Source: a virus
Virus record (IMG/VR): IMGVR_UViG_3300001679_000053
Coordinates: 1 to 64,000 of that record
Reading direction: 5' to 3' (one strand)
Length of the DNA stretch: 64,000 bases
This document shows, in pieces, positions 61,999-64,000 of the stretch. Under the pieces are notes generated by a model. It was given only the letters and a program-made list of their open reading frames with translations, did no database searches and was not told where the DNA came from. The translations under genes were made by a program, and so were the position numbers. Position 1 is the stretch's first letter. Each line of letters opens with the position of its first letter.

Positions 61999-63999
61999 TC
62001 ATTGTCCGGGGGCCTCGCCCACCGTGTCGCCGGGCTCGTCTTTCTTTCCTCTTTCGGTACCCGCGGTCGAGTATACCCCCTTGATGAAGCTACACTTAGT
62101 TTGCCTCTCTATCGCTTTGCCTTCGGCATCCACCGTATCGTATCTATCACTTCCTGTTTCGGATTTTTGGTCGCCACCAATGGAAGCAACCCACACTGCG
62201 TCTATACGCGTGTTTGCGATGCCGGGTCCAAATGAATGTGCGCTTCGGACAATCATGTAGTATCCACCAATTCCATAAGTGCTCAAATCTCGTGCACTTA
62301 ACTTATCGGGGTCGATTTTAGAGCTAAATGTCATATTAGGGGCTAATCCTAGAGGATTTACAAAAATGTAGGAGCCAGGGAAAGCACTCACATTCGCATA
62401 TGTATCAATTGTAACGTTATACACTTCGCGCAGCTGGGCTAACCCATCATATCCATCTTGTTCGAAGCGAACCTCTTTGAGGCCCGGGGCTTCCGTTTTT
62501 GTAAATTTTATAGTCTTCACTATACCGGCGTCTTTGCCTGCTGTGTAATGCATCACTCCGCGTGCCATGTCTTCATAAGGATCTCCATTCATTCTTTCAT
62601 TCGGTGAGTTTCGTCCTGCATAATAACAAATATAATTTATTTCACGGGATAAGCCGCGCGAAGTGACCGGGCTGCCGGGGGGGCCAGAGACTTCTAGAAT
62701 TGGCCACCGATCAATAGGGCGCCAACTGGCAGTGTTGTCTTGACCGGCATCGTGATAATAAAGATGCAAGCGATTCGTATCGTGACTCGTACGTTCTTTG
62801 GTCCGCACTCTATATTCAGCTAGCATCTCACTAAAAACGTCAGATGTATTTTCTTGTCTATTATATGCTGTTATCGCCGTCTGGCATAGTGTAGTTTTCT
62901 GTTTAGACTGTCCTGTCCCTCGCTTAAAACATTCTCCATCATTAACAAAGCCCTTTATCAATCCATTAATAAAATCATTTAAAAAAGCAGAGATGGGATA
63001 GTAGGGGCGATCTTTAGCTAGCGTGCGGCCCGTGAGCCATTCCATAAAGTACTTATATGATATTGGCAGATCCCCTATGTTCACCGACAACGATTCGCCC
63101 GGATTAGCCATATTTAATATTTCTATGGGGCCAAAGACTGCCCGATACCTTCGGAAATTTTCACGCAATCGAACCGCACGATATAGATCACCCTGAACTT
63201 CAGCGGAATGGCCGGCGTCCAGCGCATTATTGAGGGCGGTTTTCTGGAGTGCGGTAAGGGCGCCATAATTTGCCGGTGAGTAATTATCAGCCAATTCCGC
63301 GGACTTCCAGGCTTTTTTCATCTTAGAGTGCATGCTTGCGTCATCAAAATCCCCCTCGGCGCCGCCGCTGTTTACACGTTTTGTATAAAATTCTACAGCA
63401 GCATCCAAATTGTTATCTATGGATTTTAATATAATATCAATTAAATCGCTAACATAGAAATATACCAAAGCAACTTGCTGTGTGCTGTTTGCATTTTTTT
63501 TGTCTGTATGTCCTTGTCCCTTAGCTGTGGGGTTATCTTTATATTCTTTAACGGCCGCGGCTAAGCCATTCTTTAACCCTTTTTTGGCATCTCGTAAATT
63601 GTTAATGTCAAGGGCTTCCTCTTCGGCTTTCTTTAAGTTAAAATAAGCAGGATTCTCTGAGTATTTTCGGAGAGAACTGTATTTAAGATTAATATATCTT
63701 AAGTTAGTGCCTTCTTGTAGCAAACTCCAGATACTGGCCCGGGCATCGGATAATTCTTTTAGCACCTCTTCGTGTTGATCTTCTTTAAATTTAGATAATG
63801 CATCCGAGTCGCACGTGTCCGCAATCATCCTATATCGTAATTCTCTCTCTTTTTGAGCCTCTAACGACTTGTAATCGCTAAAGATGCTGTAAGATGGTTC
63901 ATCAAAGAAGTCGTCTATGTACGCCAGGTACTGAATTTTGAAGGTGACTCTCCCCATCTCATCAAAGTCAAAGGTGTGGATGGTGGGGGTCAAGTTTAT
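61999..63999 (-). CDS. large hypothetical protein, possible baseplate/tail-hub protein (5' end beyond the window)
   Basis: Frame is open to the window edge; C-terminal PGSYIF...GIGGYYMIVRSAHSF resembles hub proteins. Confidence 0.65.
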   Translation of the reverse strand: MNLTPTIHTFDFDEMGRVTFKIQYLAYIDDFFDEPSYSIFSDYKSLEAQKERELRYRMIADTCDSDALSKFKEDQHEEVLKELSDARASIWSLLQEGTNLRYINLKYSSLRKYSENPAYFNLKKAEEEALDINNLRDAKKGLKNGLAAAVKEYKDNPTAKGQGHTDKKNANSTQQVALVYFYVSDLIDIILKSIDNNLDAAVEFYTKRVNSGGAEGDFDDASMHSKMKKAWKSAELADNYSPANYGALTALQKTALNNALDAGHSAEVQGDLYRAVRLRENFRRYRAVFGPIEILNMANPGESLSVNIGDLPISYKYFMEWLTGRTLAKDRPYYPISAFLNDFINGLIKGFVNDGECFKRGTGQSKQKTTLCQTAITAYNRQENTSDVFSEMLAEYRVRTKERTSHDTNRLHLYYHDAGQDNTASWRPIDRWPILEVSGPPGSPVTSRGLSREINYICYYAGRNSPNERMNGDPYEDMARGVMHYTAGKDAGIVKTIKFTKTEAPGLKEVRFEQDGYDGLAQLREVYNVTIDTYANVSAFPGSYIFVNPLGLAPNMTFSSKIDPDKLSARDLSTYGIGGYYMIVRSAHSFGPGIANTRIDAVWVASIGGDQKSETGSDRYDTVDAEGKAIERQTKCSFIKGVYSTAGTERGKKDEPGDTVGEAPGQ

Positions 64000-64000
64000 A

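Noticed and set aside
1-64000. Stop-codon reassignment explaining the many short ORFs
   Set aside because: Core genes are full length in the standard code, and each short ORF has its own start signal in a shifted frame.

Overview
This window is 64 kb of a large (jumbo-type) tailed dsDNA bacteriophage genome. Essentially every real gene is on the minus strand; the plus-strand ORFs are shadows. The right two-thirds (~21-64 kb) is core machinery: DnaE, a minimal PolA-like protein, DnaB-type helicase, RecA/UvsX, gp32-like SSB, 5'-3' exonuclease, class II RNR, dUTPase, IMPDH/GMPR, DNA adenine methylases, GroEL/GroES, two ClpP, a J-domain protein, an amidase, a divergent tubulin-like protein and probable virion proteins. 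The left ~21 kb is a hyperplastic early region with four tRNAs and a MoxR-AAA/VWA pair. Its most striking feature is a two-tier modular cassette organisation. (1) About 40 tiny (49-94 aa) SH3/KOW-like genes, about 29 of them starting M-K-V/I-G-D-L-V, are chained by a conserved ~30-bp junction (coding strand ~TTGGAGGTTATCARTGAAAGTCGGTGATCTGGT). This junction is at once the C-terminus and stop of one gene and the Shine-Dalgarno, start and N-terminus of the next. (2) About 20 repeated sigma70-type promoter cassettes carry extra 11-bp-phased TGACA boxes, whose TGA often serves as the stop codon of the upstream gene. Many of the small genes fall below the 60-aa ORF-track cutoff and were translated by hand. 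All family assignments are from motif recognition by eye; no database searches were run.
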